Source: Podarcis bocagei
Lineage: Eukaryota
Reading direction: 5' to 3' (one strand)
NCBI GenBank assembly: GCA_964188305.1
Contig: OZ076888.1
DNA length: 64,000 bases
Positions 25,560 to 38,729 of the stretch are shown here, piece by piece. Positions within the stretch are counted from its first letter, which is position 1. Every line of letters starts with the position of its first letter. A program made the translations under genes and the position numbers. Below the pieces are notes generated by a model. The model made no database searches. It was not told the DNA's origin and saw only the letters and a list, made by a program, of their open reading frames with translations.

Positions 25560-26330
25560 CTCCTGTTCTCTCGGGAGGGGGAAGCAGGCCAGCGGATAAT
25601 TGCAACCCCCTCCCTTCAATCCTCAGAGCTGCGCTAATCCGAAAACTCAAGTGCCCGTAAGTAAAACTTCAGGGGGGAAAAGTGATTGAATCTGACAAAT
25701 ACAGGGTGACAAATAATCAATAAAAGCCCAGTTCGACATCCTTCATTGTTTTCAGGCACTAACGGCAAGTAATGAAACCTCTGCTGGAAGGGAGAAGGAG
25801 AAGGCGGCGGGCAGGCAGGGGGGCGCCCCCCACTTGGAGACCTTCTGCGGGGGAGCCCCCGGCTCCAGAAGCCGGATTAATGGCCTCACCTCATAGGCAG
25901 ATCTGGTCTTCTCATCAACCTTAATTAAAATCATTTTTAAAACGTCGGGGCTCTGCCTTCAGCGTGGGGGGAAACGGAGAGAGGTTGGCTGCGGGCTTCC
26001 TTTGGGTAACGAATCGCTTTTTAATTGGGGTGAGTCACTCCCCTCCCCTCCCTCCAATTTCTTGTTGACTAACAAGCAGGTGATTCGTAACATCCTAATG
26101 CCGGTCACCTTGTAGCAGAGCGCGGAAGTGCGGAAATACGTTTTTAAACAAAAAGCAATCGGGTCAGTTGTGCGCAAAGGAGCGGCGAAAAAGTCCCCAC
26201 GCCGTCGTGTTTTAGTGCCCCGCGCCGTTGTGTTTAGGGTTAGGAGTCGACTCTCAGCTTGGTTGACTTTGCTTATTTGTTTCGTTCGAGCCCCCGGCTT
26301 TTCAACCAAGATGGGCTTACAGTGAAAATC
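25560..26330. promoter_or_regulatory. Candidate SOX2 enhancer (CpG-rich CNE-like block)
   Basis: Otx-type TAATCC (25635) and GGATTA (25874), Nkx2 TCAAGTG (25647), Sox CATTGTT (25744), TTAATTAA, ETS CGGAAGT, AP-1 TGAGTCA. Confidence 0.45.
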
Positions 26331-26682
26331 TGCGCAGAGGTATAATATCATTGGGGACACGTGTTGGAGGGAGGAGAGAGGTAGGAGAGGCTCTCCCTTC
26401 CGGCCCCAGGGAGTTGGCGCTGCAGAACAGACTCCGGGCACTTCTCTCCCAAGCTGGAGGGGGCCGAGGAAGCCGCAGCTGAGCTCAGGGACTGGCTGAT
26501 GGGTAAGGATGCCAGGCGACAGAAGCAACCCTAAAAGTCATGCTCGGAGAAGACCTCCCTGAAATTAATGGGTTTAAGATAGTCATGGGTGTAGTCTGAG
26601 CAGAATTAACAATACACACGCTCCCTATGTCCATTACTTGGAGATAAGTTTCACTGAAATAATTGAATTGCTTTTAAAAGTA

Positions 26683-26942
26683 CAGTGGTACCTCGGGTTA
26701 CATACGCTTCAGGTTACATACGCTTCAGGTTACATACGCTTCAGGTTACATACGCTTCAGGTTACAGACTCCACTGACCCAGAAATAGTACCTCGGGTTA
26801 AGAACTTTGCTTCAGGATGAGAACAGAAATCGTGCGGCAGCGGGAGGCCCCATTAGCTAAGATAGTGCTTCAGGTTAAGAACAGTTTCAGGTTAAGAACG
26901 GACCTCCGGAACGAATTAATTTCATAATCAGAGGTACCACTG
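26683..26942 (-). mobile_element. Tc1/mariner MITE, inverted relative to the 24740 copy, with 4x 16-bp internal tandem
   Basis: Same TIRs, TA TSD; (GGTTACATACGCTTCA)x4 near the left end. Confidence 0.92.
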
Positions 26943-28380
26943 TATACGATTTAGGATCCAAGTGTCACCGATTCTCTGTCCCGAAGGGTGCGATCCCTCC
27001 TAAAGCGCCTTACTAAGGAGTTAAGAAGCATATTTAGCAATTCCGCGACGCGAGTGGAACACGGATGAAACGTAAAACGTGCACGTGCCCAAACAATTCG
27101 TATGCGAACACACGTGTCGTATAACATCGCTAATGCCACACGCCGTGTTTATCCAGAAGGATAGGAAAGGCAGTTTTGCACGTCCTTTACGCCCTTTTCT
27201 AAATGCTATTGCATTAGAAGCAGATCTTATTGAGTCAACGAAACTTCTTTGGAAATAATAAGCGCGTGTATATGGATGCTTCAGGCTGCAACCTTGTGCC
27301 CCTTAACCCGGGAATAAGCGACACAGAATGTAGTGGGACTTGCTTCCAAATCAATGCGTTTGTCTGTGTATTTCGTTTGCGCGCTCTCCCTTCCTCTCTC
27401 ACACACATGCGAATAGGGCGTTAGACAAAAATGACACCACAATCCTATACACGAATCTTCCCTATATTTACTCGGGAACAAACCCCACGAGACTGGAACC
27501 CAACCAGCTCAGCAAACGTAGGCCGGGCACGTTAGCATCTTAAAGCCGAGGTCTTAAATACACCTGAAGGAGTTATGGCTTGCAATAAGGTGTAATGTTC
27601 AGGATTCTGCTGCAAAAGCTGCTGGCCATCTAAGCTTTTCGCTTTGCCGGGGCAATTCCTTGTTTAACACCAACTGGGAATGTCCTGCAGTCCTGAAACA
27701 ACTCGCTTCGACTTTGCTTGGCCCTAGTCAGTGGATTGTGAGTCCCCACCCCAAGGACATATAGGGCTTCGCTTGCTTTTCGTAACTCGCTCCCAACACC
27801 CTTTTTAAAAGTGCGTGCAGGTGTGTGCCCTATTTCCTCAATCATATTTGTCCCATTATCTAGCTGAAATCTTGCTCGGTCCATCTTGCCCGCGGTCTCG
27901 CCAGGAAGGCCTTGAGAAACAAGATACAGTACTGCAGAGCAAGAAGGAGAGAGCCATTGCGAGTGTCCCTCTGTCTGCCCATCCTATGGAAAGGGACAGA
28001 CAGAAGCACACCTACGCACAGGGATGCCCACAGGTTCCCTTCAGCGAATGTATCAACCGGATACTGTATAAGTCATTGAGCTGAGCTCCACACGTGTACA
28101 GCGATTCACACGTAACGTCCAAGAGTGCACAGTCTGTGTACCTGTGGACAAAAGAGCGGGACTGTACAGATCAACAAATGAACGTTCTTTCACACAAACA
28201 CTTGTACGTGTCTACAGACCACTTGCATCTGTATTCAGTGTGATGGGGGAACAGGCCTCATACAAACCTTAGAAACATATCAGGCTTGGAAAAGGCAAGT
28301 TCCAGAAAAGCTTCCTTCCTACTCAGATGCGCTGCTCTTCGGAATGTTACTGGAAACCAATTGCTGGGGTGCGATTAGAT

Positions 28381-28516
28381 CAGGCATAGGCAAACTCGGC
28401 CCTCCAGATGTTTTGGGACTACAATTCCTATCATCCCTGACCACTGGTCCTGTTAGCTAGGGATGATGGGAGTTGTAGTCCCAAAACATCTGGAGGGCCG
28501 AGTTTGCCTATGCCTG
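28381..28516. mobile_element. Palindromic hAT-Charlie-type MITE (URR1-like)
   Basis: Near-perfect ~55-bp inverted arms; exact 8-bp TSD gattagat with central TA. Confidence 0.94.
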
Positions 28517-29798
28517 GATTAGATGCTAGGAGATGAGATCTATTTCCGCATCAACCTTATCGAATGGAGCCGCCAGCGCCAGCCTGCTCTCAAAATATGG
28601 CCAATGCCACCTTGTAGGTAACTGAGGCCTGCGCAACCATCTTCAGCCCTCGGGGACGCGTATTATGGGTGGTGCCCGGGTACACCCAAGCCACAGAGAA
28701 TATTCCCCATTCACACCTATGGGGTCCCGATTGCTCCTACTGTCTCCCCACCCACACCCCCTGGGCAGTCGAGACGGTTTTTGTCTTTCCGGGCGCCTGT
28801 TCGCCTTGACCTCTTGCTTCAAGGCGGTTGTCTGGCCAGGTCAGGCGGGAAGCAGACGCTGCCTGGACCCGTTCGGCGACCGGCTCGGGAGTGTCTCTCC
28901 GCATTAAAATCTGATCGATCAGGTTCCAGGGCCTACAGGAAGTGGAGTCGCTTCTCTGGGAGGCTTCCTTGTCCAAACGGGAGCTTCTGGGACTGCGCCG
29001 ATGAAGCGCACTGTCACATAATCGATAAGGAGAGCTCAGCTGTCACGGATCCGAAAGGGGCTTCCGACGCCAGCAGTAACGTGATTTGGCACCTTCAGGT
29101 TTGGGGATGGGCAGCCTGGGCTACTAAGACGATGCGAGGGAAGAGACGGGCGGGGGCCAGAGGAGTTGGCGGCAGCAACCCAGGAGTCTGAAGGGCTCCG
29201 GTTTGGCATTTTTGTTCAGATTCCTCTCCCTCGGGCGAACATTTTCAGCTCCACGATTTGGGGAAGGGGGAGGGAGAGAGAGCTGATCCCTTACCGCCAA
29301 GTTTGCTGTTGTCATCCTGCCCCACTGTTCTCCAAGCCATCTCCAATACGTCTCGATTCAATTCCATGCCGAAGGCTGAAGAGCTCCATGCATCTCCAAA
29401 TGGTTTGGCAACCTGGACAGAAAGTTCAACGGGGAGTATTGTGAGACCACCACTTAAAACAAAAACTGTACGTCCCCCTCCCCCTCCTCTCGCAATGGCA
29501 AATGCATGTTTTCGGAAGTGATTCTGATGGAACTTACTTCCAAGTAAGGCTGTGATTCTAACACTGTTACAAGAACGAAGTCAAAGAAGATTGCTAAGGA
29601 TCGAAGGAGCAGTCCGTGGGCCACACCTGGATCCAGTGATCCAATAAACGGAGCTTCCAGGGTGTGAAAAGGACCTCATCGGGGCGTGTTAAAATAAGAT
29701 TGCAACTCCCCACCCTTGCGCATCAGTCCAGGGGGGAATATGTAACCACCATTTGCATAAGAGCGGCGATTCTATGGCTTAGTTTTTATCAACAACGC

Positions 29799-29944
29799 CA
29801 GTGGCGTAGCGTGGGAGGTGCAGGGGGGCCGGCCGCACCGGGCGCAACATCTGGGGGTTAGGGTTAGGGGGCGCAAATCCACGGGTTAGGGGGCGCAAAT
29901 TACTTGCCTTGCCCCGGGTGCTGACAACCCACGCTACACCACTG
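29799..29944. mobile_element. hAT MITE, same family as 16882-17019, opposite orientation
   Basis: TIR cagtggcgtagcgtggg; exact TSD aacaacgc (29791-29798 / 29945-29952); internal GGGTTA repeats. Confidence 0.93.
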
Positions 29945-32755
29945 AACAACGCTAGAGCTACAGTAGTGGGGAAGTCTGCACCTGTTGGATTTATCCCTGT
30001 CACGCAGCAGTTAAAGGTATAGAAACCCTGAGAAGTAGTGGAGAAATTCTTTATAAAGAATTCGGAGGTGTAGTTCGCGTTGGTTTTAGCCCTGCGCCCG
30101 GTCCCAAGATTTAGGGGAGAAGCTGACCGCTTGACCTACAATTGAATTAAACCGAAGCGTTAGATAGAAATCAGTGGGCCTTCAAGAGAGTAAATGTGCA
30201 GCGCCCAATCAACATACTTCGGAATAAATTCCGCCAACTTTAAACTTCCAGAATAAATATTGTTGGAGAGATGCGAAAATATTTGGATTTCAGCTAATGA
30301 CTCTTGGATGATTTGTCAGCGTCACCTGCAGTGACTTTTTTCCTGAACTTTATTTTGAATAAGAAACCGGCAATAGCGTGTTCGTGTATAGGGCTTAGCA
30401 AGGGAATGTTTCAGCTTCGGTGTAAGGTTGCTGCCTTTGAAATCGTGATCCGGTTAGCTTGTGGAAAGGGATCTTAGTTAATTCATAGTTAATGCGCAGC
30501 GTTCAGCGGGCACCTGGCTGTTGTTGTTCTCTGAATATTTAAAAGCACCCGTGTTCGATGATAAATTTATGAAAAACGAAGTGAACCCGGGGCTAGGAAA
30601 AGAAGGCTGCCAGGAAAGCCGATTTCTGATTGGTCGGGGAAAGGACTTCCGGGACTGGATTGGCTAATGAAGATGCCGGGAGTTACAACTATTGGATAAT
30701 CTCCTTGCCTGGGTCTTCTGCAGCGCTCTCCATAGAGCAGAAGGCGACGTTCTCCTGAAGGAGGGTGGGTTGCTCACGGGAGGGTATTCCCCCAATAGTT
30801 CAGCATCTGCGCTGGATCTCTGAGTATTTTCCCGACAAATGCTCCTATATAGCACTAAAAATGTTTAAATGCCGGGGCTTAAAATATCTGATTGAGGGGT
30901 CCAACTATTATGCACTTGTCTAAGGCTGGCTTCTTAAAGACATCCGCCCTGAGCTCCATTAGAACCTTGGATCAGTGATTCCTTCTGCGGGAGACTCGCC
31001 AAAGGCCGAGCCCGAGAGGTTTCACACATCCATGCGCAGGAGCTCTGCCCCAGCGTCGCATCACTGACTGACTGACTCAATAGAAAAAAAGACAACCATT
31101 GCGTTTTGAAGTTATTTGTGGTGTTTGATCTATGACGGTCCTTTCACGCGTGCTGGCCATCACTTGATGTTGCAGACAAGGCGTCGACTTATCCTGAGTT
31201 GCCACCGGTGGCCCAATCTTTGTCTCCCGCTTCACATGGAGGGGAAGGGACCGAATGTCTCTTATATTGTCCATCAGTTTAGCGTTTCCCTGCTGTGTTT
31301 TCTGGATGGATGGGCTGAGGGGGCTGAAGCTCCAAATAAATATGAAATACCCTCATATTAATATTTTTTTAAAAATGATCCAAGCAGGTTGCGCCTGAAG
31401 AGAAATCTTGCAAGGGATACATGGCTGCACTTCCCTTTTTAACTTCAAATTAGGAAACTCTGTCAGATGAAAGGGCAGCTTCCCTTTGGTGGAACCGCAG
31501 CTTCATTTGATCAAATCTTTATTTGAGTGTTGCCTGAACAATAGGAACCTGAAGGGAAAGAATGAAGAAATTGCGTTGCAGTTGATCCTTTGATTCTGAC
31601 AGAGGGAAACTGTTGCGCGTTTATCAGATTAGAACTGTCCAGAAGTGAGTGTGTGAGCGCGCGCGCATGCGCGCATTATATATATATATACTGTATAACA
31701 TATAGGAAAACTAATCAGGCGACCGGGGGTTGTGTGCACGCACGTCCACAGGCGCGCGGAAGAGTGCTCTTAAGTACCACAGCTCCTTCAATCCCCATCT
31801 GGATAAGATTCAAGTCTCTCCCTCGGCTTACAGTAATATACTCTGCCAACCATGAGGCTCTCCCCCCCCCCACAAAAAAAAGAAAAAGAGGGATTTAATG
31901 AGGCCGAGCTTAGACCCTTCTATAATTTAGAGGATTCGCCAGAGCTGTAAAATGACAATGGGGACATGTGTAGTGCAAGAGAGGTGAAATCCCATCCAGG
32001 GACAAAGTTGCTTATTTCTGAAGGAGCTGTCATTTCCAGCAGGGGGGACACAATGGCAGGGCCAGGAGGGACGGAGCTCTGATCTCCACCTCGGAGAGAG
32101 ATAACCACCTGATTAAAATGGGCCTCTTGTTCTCTCGGTTACTCGATCGTCGTGTGAACTTGCCTTACTTACTATTCTGGGCAAAGACGACTCAGTCTCC
32201 CCAGATTTCAATGCCCTGAGAACTCCCCTCCCTCCTCTTTCTCTCTCTCTCGCCGCTTCGCTTCGCTTTTCCTTGGAGCATCATCACGGCCAGTTCTTAG
32301 GCAGCCGACACTTAGGTCTACGAGGATTCACGGGTCACGAAAAACGCCGGGGGTTTTAGGAGCACATAAAAGTTTCGCACAGCTATGGCGCATCTATTAT
32401 CACACACACACACCCAAAATGGCACAGGAAAGATCCGCCCCTTTGCTATACTTTTTACCCTTTGACGGCTTGGGCCACACATAAGGCTGGCTGTTCACAG
32501 GTTACTTAAATCTGTGCACTTGTATGTGAGAGATATGTACATTTGGATTTTGAGCGGATTTATCGAGTTTGGTGGGGACTTACTCCCTAATAAGTGTGTT
32601 CAGAGTTGCAGCCTTGCGCTGGGACATCCCATACAAAAACTTCACCAGACCTTTCAAGGGCACCCTGGATAACTGACGGGAGGATTGCTCCTGAGTTGCT
32701 CCGAGATTCTTGGCTTATTTCACCTATAGAAGGATGGTCATCTGTCATGTATGAT

Positions 32756-32816
32756 CTAGGGGGTTGGACTAGATGGCCCTTGGGCTCCCTTCCAAGTCCA
32801 CAATTCTATGATTCTA
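32756..32816 (+). mobile_element. CR1 3' terminal tip
   Basis: ggggttggactagatg...cccttcc...attctatgattct (ATTCTRTG tail). Confidence 0.75.
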
Positions 32817-35800
32817 GTTATTTCAGATATCTGGGTTCCTAACCACGCTTACTTGGAAGTAGGCTTCATTGGATTTAATGGTTGCAACTCCCAAGTAAAC
32901 ACGTTTATAGCCAACGCCTCTGCCTAATTATTCCTATCAGTCCTATGCGTATTTACGCAGAAGAACAACCCCATTGAGTCTGAAGTAAAGGCGCGCCAGA
33001 TTGTGGCCTTCTTAACTAGGAAGAAAGTACTACAAGTTGCCTATTGACATATTTAGGATCGAATTTTTCCTTGAAAAGAAGTGGGACTGACTTCAGCAGA
33101 AGTACCATTTGTAGAACTGCGTCCATACAGGCCAATTCTAAACACGTTTCTGCAACAGTATATCCCGTTGACTATGACTCAGTTATAATTCAGGTGCTTT
33201 TGTTGAATAAGATTGGAGGTCTTTCTACAAACTTGCTATTCAAGTGTTAAGCGCTGTCCACTGCTTTGTAGATAAGTATTTTATCTGCAATTTGCTGATC
33301 AAAGCAGATTCCCCGCCCCTCCGTACTTTTAATAGATTCGGATCCCACTCCAGTTCAGACAATTAATTCAGGAAAAGACATTGAAATATGCACCCAGATC
33401 TCCTCTGCCTCGCCTCTATTTATAGGATTCTGGTGCCCGCTTGTTTCTCATTCTCGTCGCCCTAAAGGGCTACATTTTCTGTAAAGATGGGAAATAATAA
33501 TAATTCATTATTTCTACTGGTTGGCCCGGGCCGGGCGGGAGGAAAGAACACCCCGCCCGTATCAACAAGTTCCCAAAAAAATAAAATATTATTTCCCTTT
33601 GGTGACATTTCCCCGTCCCTCTCCCAGCTCCCCGCCCCCGTCTCTTTTCCTCTCGAAGAGCTTATCTGACCGAATTCTTTGACAACCAGATCCTAAACAT
33701 AACGCTTCCTGTGGAAGAAAGCGCCTTGATTTCAATAAATTCAGCTAAAGGCGTTTAGGATCACCGTTTTAGCCGCCGATCTTTCTCTTCCCCTCTCCAC
33801 AACAGGTGTCTCTGAAAGCCGCAACTAGCATTTTCGCCCCTTCTTCCTTTGGAGGCTCTTATTTAAACAGGCCAGGGGCAAATAGACGGCAATATTTCAG
33901 ACCGTTTCTTTTGAAAAAAAATATATAGTTTTGCGCATTAAAGTTAAAAAGTAGAGGGAGTGAAAAAACTTAATCTACTCTGTCAGCCCTGATGGTGAAG
34001 CTGAAGGATTTATCTGGTCGGTCTTCTTTCTCCATCTACCCTCAAATCAGTGAGCACTTAGAGACATTTCCTTGAGAAACCAGCCTGTTGGTTCTCAGTG
34101 GGGTTTTCTTGCAAGTAAAAGGTTTGTAAGATTTGAGCATAAATCGTCTTAAATTCTAATATTGCATGTGTGGTGGTGGGGCTTTTTTGGTTGGACTGAC
34201 CTGTTTGAGCAGGAGAGGAAAATACTTTTGACAAAAGCAGGAGTGTTGTATAAGCGGTTTTATATATATCAAATTAATCTAGGGAATACCCAAATATTTA
34301 TGGCAGAATCTAGGTAGAAAGATCTTCTGCATTTTGCGCAACTCGCGTTTATTTCAGTGGGCCTATATTGGGCAGGAGAATTTCCAGAGGAAAGTCCTTT
34401 CACAGAGAATCTGCAAGGCTAATGTAATTCTGTCCGTCTGAATAAATGGATGATCAACTGAATCTCTCTCACACATTCTATTATGTCCATCTCTTGTGAA
34501 GACAGGAATTGCACGAAGTGCAAATCTGTTTCCTGCTATTATTTTTATTCTCTGATTATTGACAGTCTCTTCTCGGACTATTTATTTGAATGTTCCAAGT
34601 TAGGATATCTGATCTCCTAAATGCCAGTTAATTGCCAGGAGATTATCTTGAAATCAGCGGGGTTTGCTGCCGTGTAAACTGCGTTTTGGATCGGGATGTC
34701 GGCGAGATTAGCGAGAGACTGATTAGAAGATAATTATCTTCGTATAAAAACACGTATATTGTAGCTATCTCTGTAAAGAATACCTCGGGCGGATAGAGCG
34801 ATAGCATCTCCATAAACAGGAACGAATTCATCAACGAAAATTTCCTTTTATTGCCACGTCAGTCTGCTAATCGATCAACCTGAAGCAGAATCCAGATCTG
34901 GCTCCAGGGGGAAGAAAACCAAATAGAAATACATGCCAAACATTATGGGATAGATTGATCTCTATGAACAGCTCTCCCTGGGAGCTTTTCCCCTATGCAT
35001 CAGACAGATTAGGGATTGTCTGTGTTTTCCTATCTAGACGGACAACCCTCGACGTTTTGATACTCTGTACTAAAATGGATTTACTGAAATAGATTTTGTT
35101 TTTAAAATGTCAAAAGACACCAGCCGTCCCATCGCAGTGAATCCAGAGTAGTTCGGCCACTCAGAATCGCTAAAGGAAACCAAGGAGGCCCATAGTTGAG
35201 GAGTTATGGCGACAACTTCGGTCGCCCGCTTGCAACTTTTCCATTATTCCGCCTGGATCAATCTGTAAATAGTGTTTTCCCACGGCCCGATTCGCTTGTT
35301 AGGCACCGGACTAAAGTCCTCGGAGAGGGCGCATCGCCCTCCTTATATGCCTTCTCCAGGCGATTGTCGCTGACTCCCGCTTGGTGTTTGTGTCTCTGTT
35401 TGTTTGGAATTATTTCCGGTTTGGTTTATTTTTCTCCCCCTGCTATTTTCCCTACTTTAACACTAAATTGACACACCTACAGAGACAGCTAGCTACCTCT
35501 CCGGGTCAACATCGGAAAGATAATTCCAAGCCCCGCACCCTCGTCCCCTCCCTCCCTCTCCGGCTGCATTCCACCACTCTCTCTCCCCTCCTGGCTCAAA
35601 GTAAATAGTAAAAGGCCCATTCAGGTCCGTGGACCACACGGAAAGCCTTAATTAGGCTGATGAAATCCCCAGAAATGTATAGATTCGCTATAATCGAGGG
35701 TGTCCCAACCCTACCCCCGCCGCTCCTCTGGTGTCTATAGTCAAGGAATACGGGAGCAGCTGGGAGAATAGAAAGACCCGTCGGGGGTGGGGTGGAGGAA

Positions 35801-37469
35801 GTCATGCATGTAATTGAGTATATTTAACATAACTATTTTAATGATTAGTGATTAAAAGTGCACCCTCCTGGAAGTTGGGGACCTCCGCAATTTGTTCTGA
35901 ACAACTCTGAGGACATATCGATCTATCTATCTCACGCGTAAAGAAACAAAATATGCACAAAGCGTTTTTTACTTGTTGGTTTCAGAAGGGAGGGTCTCAC
36001 CCTGGCCTTAATCGTGTTGGCATGGGCGGCGGGGGGGGGAACTACCTTTCAGCAGGTACTCCAAGTTTCACCGAATGATGATGATGATTCCTGCCTCCAT
36101 TTCCTCCGCTTTTCTTGGACCTCCTCCTATATCAAATTTCAGGGGGGGGGGTCTCTATTTTATTTTATTTTATTTCTTACTGTAATGGACCTGTCCTCTC
36201 CTTTTTTGTAACAATAAAATAAAATAAATCATGCAGACGGGTGCCGCTATATTAATAAGCAAAGGCTAGTCCCGGGAAGCTGGGAAATAATATGTTCATT
36301 TGAGCATATGCAGAGTGCATTTGTCTCTTTATTGAGAATCTGCCGCCAGCAGACTAGCCGGTCCATGGCATCTTCCCATTTAGGTATTACGTTTGGAGAA
36401 ATGGTATGCATTTCAGGGCTAAACGTACTAAAGACATCAATTCCTTCACCTTTTGAAGAAAAGCAAATCAGTGGTAACTCTAAAGTTTACACGAACTTGC
36501 ACCAATAAAAGACAGTATGACATTTATTTTATAATCAGTTCTGTATGGCGGTGAATTGGGTTGTTTCCAGACAACAGCGTAATTGATTGCTTTTGTCCAG
36601 GGAATATGCAGACTTTGGAGTTACTCAGCATTCTTTGTCAGTGGAAAAGGAAAAGGCAGCTATTTCTCAAATGAGTGTTTTGGGTCAGTTCAGACAATAA
36701 CACAAGCAGACAACTAGCTTAGTTTGCTGCCCATTGCAGAGAACTTTTGTGGGGGTTTGCCTCCACTCTTTTCCTGGAGTGCCTAAAAGATGTGCGTTTG
36801 CAATCAGCAGTTCTTTCTCTTCGCATCTCCCATTCCCCTCCGAAAAGAATTCTGTGTAATTCCAAAGCTTACATGCTCTGGTTTTAGGGAAAGTTGAGCT
36901 CGACATTTACTTTATAATCTACGCGGGGGTGTTTGCATGCAGTAAAAGAAGCATCCTTTGAAACAGCTTACTCCAGTGCTATATTAATTAATCACTGTTT
37001 AAGGGCTCCCTTTCCTTAGCTAGGTCACACAATTAGAAACGCAGACTGAAGTGAGTGCGTTTTCTTAATTATTTATATCAGATGAATTGTGGAGGAGGCT
37101 GGCATATATATATATATGTGCGCGCGCACATGTGCGCGTGCCTGCACAATCCTCGCGTTTATTCCTTGAATTCTAAAAGGGCTGCTTTCTTTTCTTTGGC
37201 TGCTCTTTGGGGAAACAGTGGGAGGAGGGAGATTCTCTCTTACCCATCAGCTACTCAGCGTGGAAATAATAATATTTAGTGCATATTATCCTAACTTATT
37301 TCTGACAGTGCGTACACAAGGGGACGATGGAGTGGCGGCTGTATCGAGGGGGGGGTGTTCTTTGCAGCAGATTTTGGAGGAATCTAGCACGGAAGCCTGA
37401 CAGAAAGCGGGCTGGTGGTAGAGGGGCGATATATTCCACAAAGCCTGCCTTGCATAGCAGCAATCCTGT

Positions 37470-37637
37470 CATGGGCGTAGCCAAGGGGGAGGCAGTTGCC
37501 CCTCTAGATCAAGTAAAACAATAGAAATTCTGAACTAGCTGACCAATCACGCCGGTTCTGCCCCCCTAACAAAAGTCCTGCTCCCCCCTAACCAAGTCCT
37601 GTCCCCAGCCTCAACAAAAATCCTGGCTATGCCCATG
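37470..37637. mobile_element. hAT MITE
   Basis: TIR catgggcgtagcca / tggctatgcccatg; degenerate TSD aatcctgt/aaccctgc; internal ccccctaac..aagtcctg tandem. Confidence 0.8.
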
Positions 37638-38199
37638 AACCCTGCTAAACAGAAGCGCACTCTGTTTCAAATTTAACACCGGGTTGATTCGGGATGAAAC
37701 CCGGCGGAAACCCCACGGAACTTTTCTTCCAGAGTAAACTCCTTCGAATCCCAGCCTTGGTAGTTTTGAATTGAAATGGTTGGACTTCCTCGGGGGCTTC
37801 TGGGAGATTAGGTTCCTTCCTGGCCTTTTCTTTCACTCGGGTTGGAGGCAATGAATAAACTGGTCATTGTGGAACCGCGACACAAGCCAACTTCTGGCTC
37901 GCTCGCTTCCCCCGCCCCAGCCCTTTTATTCTCTCAAAGCACACACTTGCCTTAGTTTAGAAAAGGCTGGAGGGAGCTCAAATTTTGCCGGATCACGCCT
38001 GGAGGAAAGGGGCAGCCAGTGTCCTCGCTTAAAGGAAGTAGCCCCAAAAGGGGAACATGTGGTCGAGAACCGAGCCACGGGGAAATCTGGGGGATAACTG
38101 AAGGATTCGTATCCCTAGGCATCCTGGAATCTGCTTCCCAATAAGTTGGAAAGGGCAGAATCCGGAGTAGAAGGATGGAGAAAGGAAGTTTAAACATCA

Positions 38200-38316
38200 G
38201 AGGGTGGATGGATTTCTGTCAAGGATTCTTTAGTTGTGATTGATGCATTGCAAGGGGGCTGGACTAGATGGCCTTTGGGTGCCTTCCAGCGCTGCAATTC
38301 TACGATTCTGTGATTC
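38200..38316 (+). mobile_element. CR1 3' terminal fragment
   Basis: ggggctggactagatg...ccttcca...attctacgattctgtgattc. Confidence 0.75.
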
Positions 38317-38729
38317 ATCCCACTATAAGCAGATTCGATCTAGTGAAGTGCCATCGCTGCACACAACCTGCTCCGTTTCTGTCCTCAACCGGAATCCCAC
38401 AGAGTCTTAGATCACACGGGGGGAGGGGGTACTGAAAAAAAATCCTCCCGGGCGGTGCCGAGTTGTTTCTTTGGCGTCGTTTTGGTTTGGATGTGAAATT
38501 GGCAGACCCCCTTTATAGGGGGCAGGTGGTGACATTACTTGGCCCCGACTTGAGACCGTACTGAAGAATTCGCAGCCTTGAGAGCGTATTTTTCTTCTGG
38601 CTATAGTAGTACTTAAACGATAATGGGCGGCGGCGGCGGCGGGAGGGGGAAGAGAATTAAACTTTTTTTTTTTTTAAGAGGGAGGATGGAGAGCAATGGG
38701 GGAAGGGGAGAGGCGAAGATTTATATCTT

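Noticed and set aside
25959-26528. 189-aa minus-strand ORF, the longest apart from SOX2
   Set aside because: No domain resemblance and no ATG start; explained by GC-rich regulatory sequence.
26696-26766. 4x 16-bp direct repeat resembling a CRISPR-like array
   Set aside because: No spacers; it is a subterminal tandem of a Tc1/mariner MITE in a vertebrate genome.
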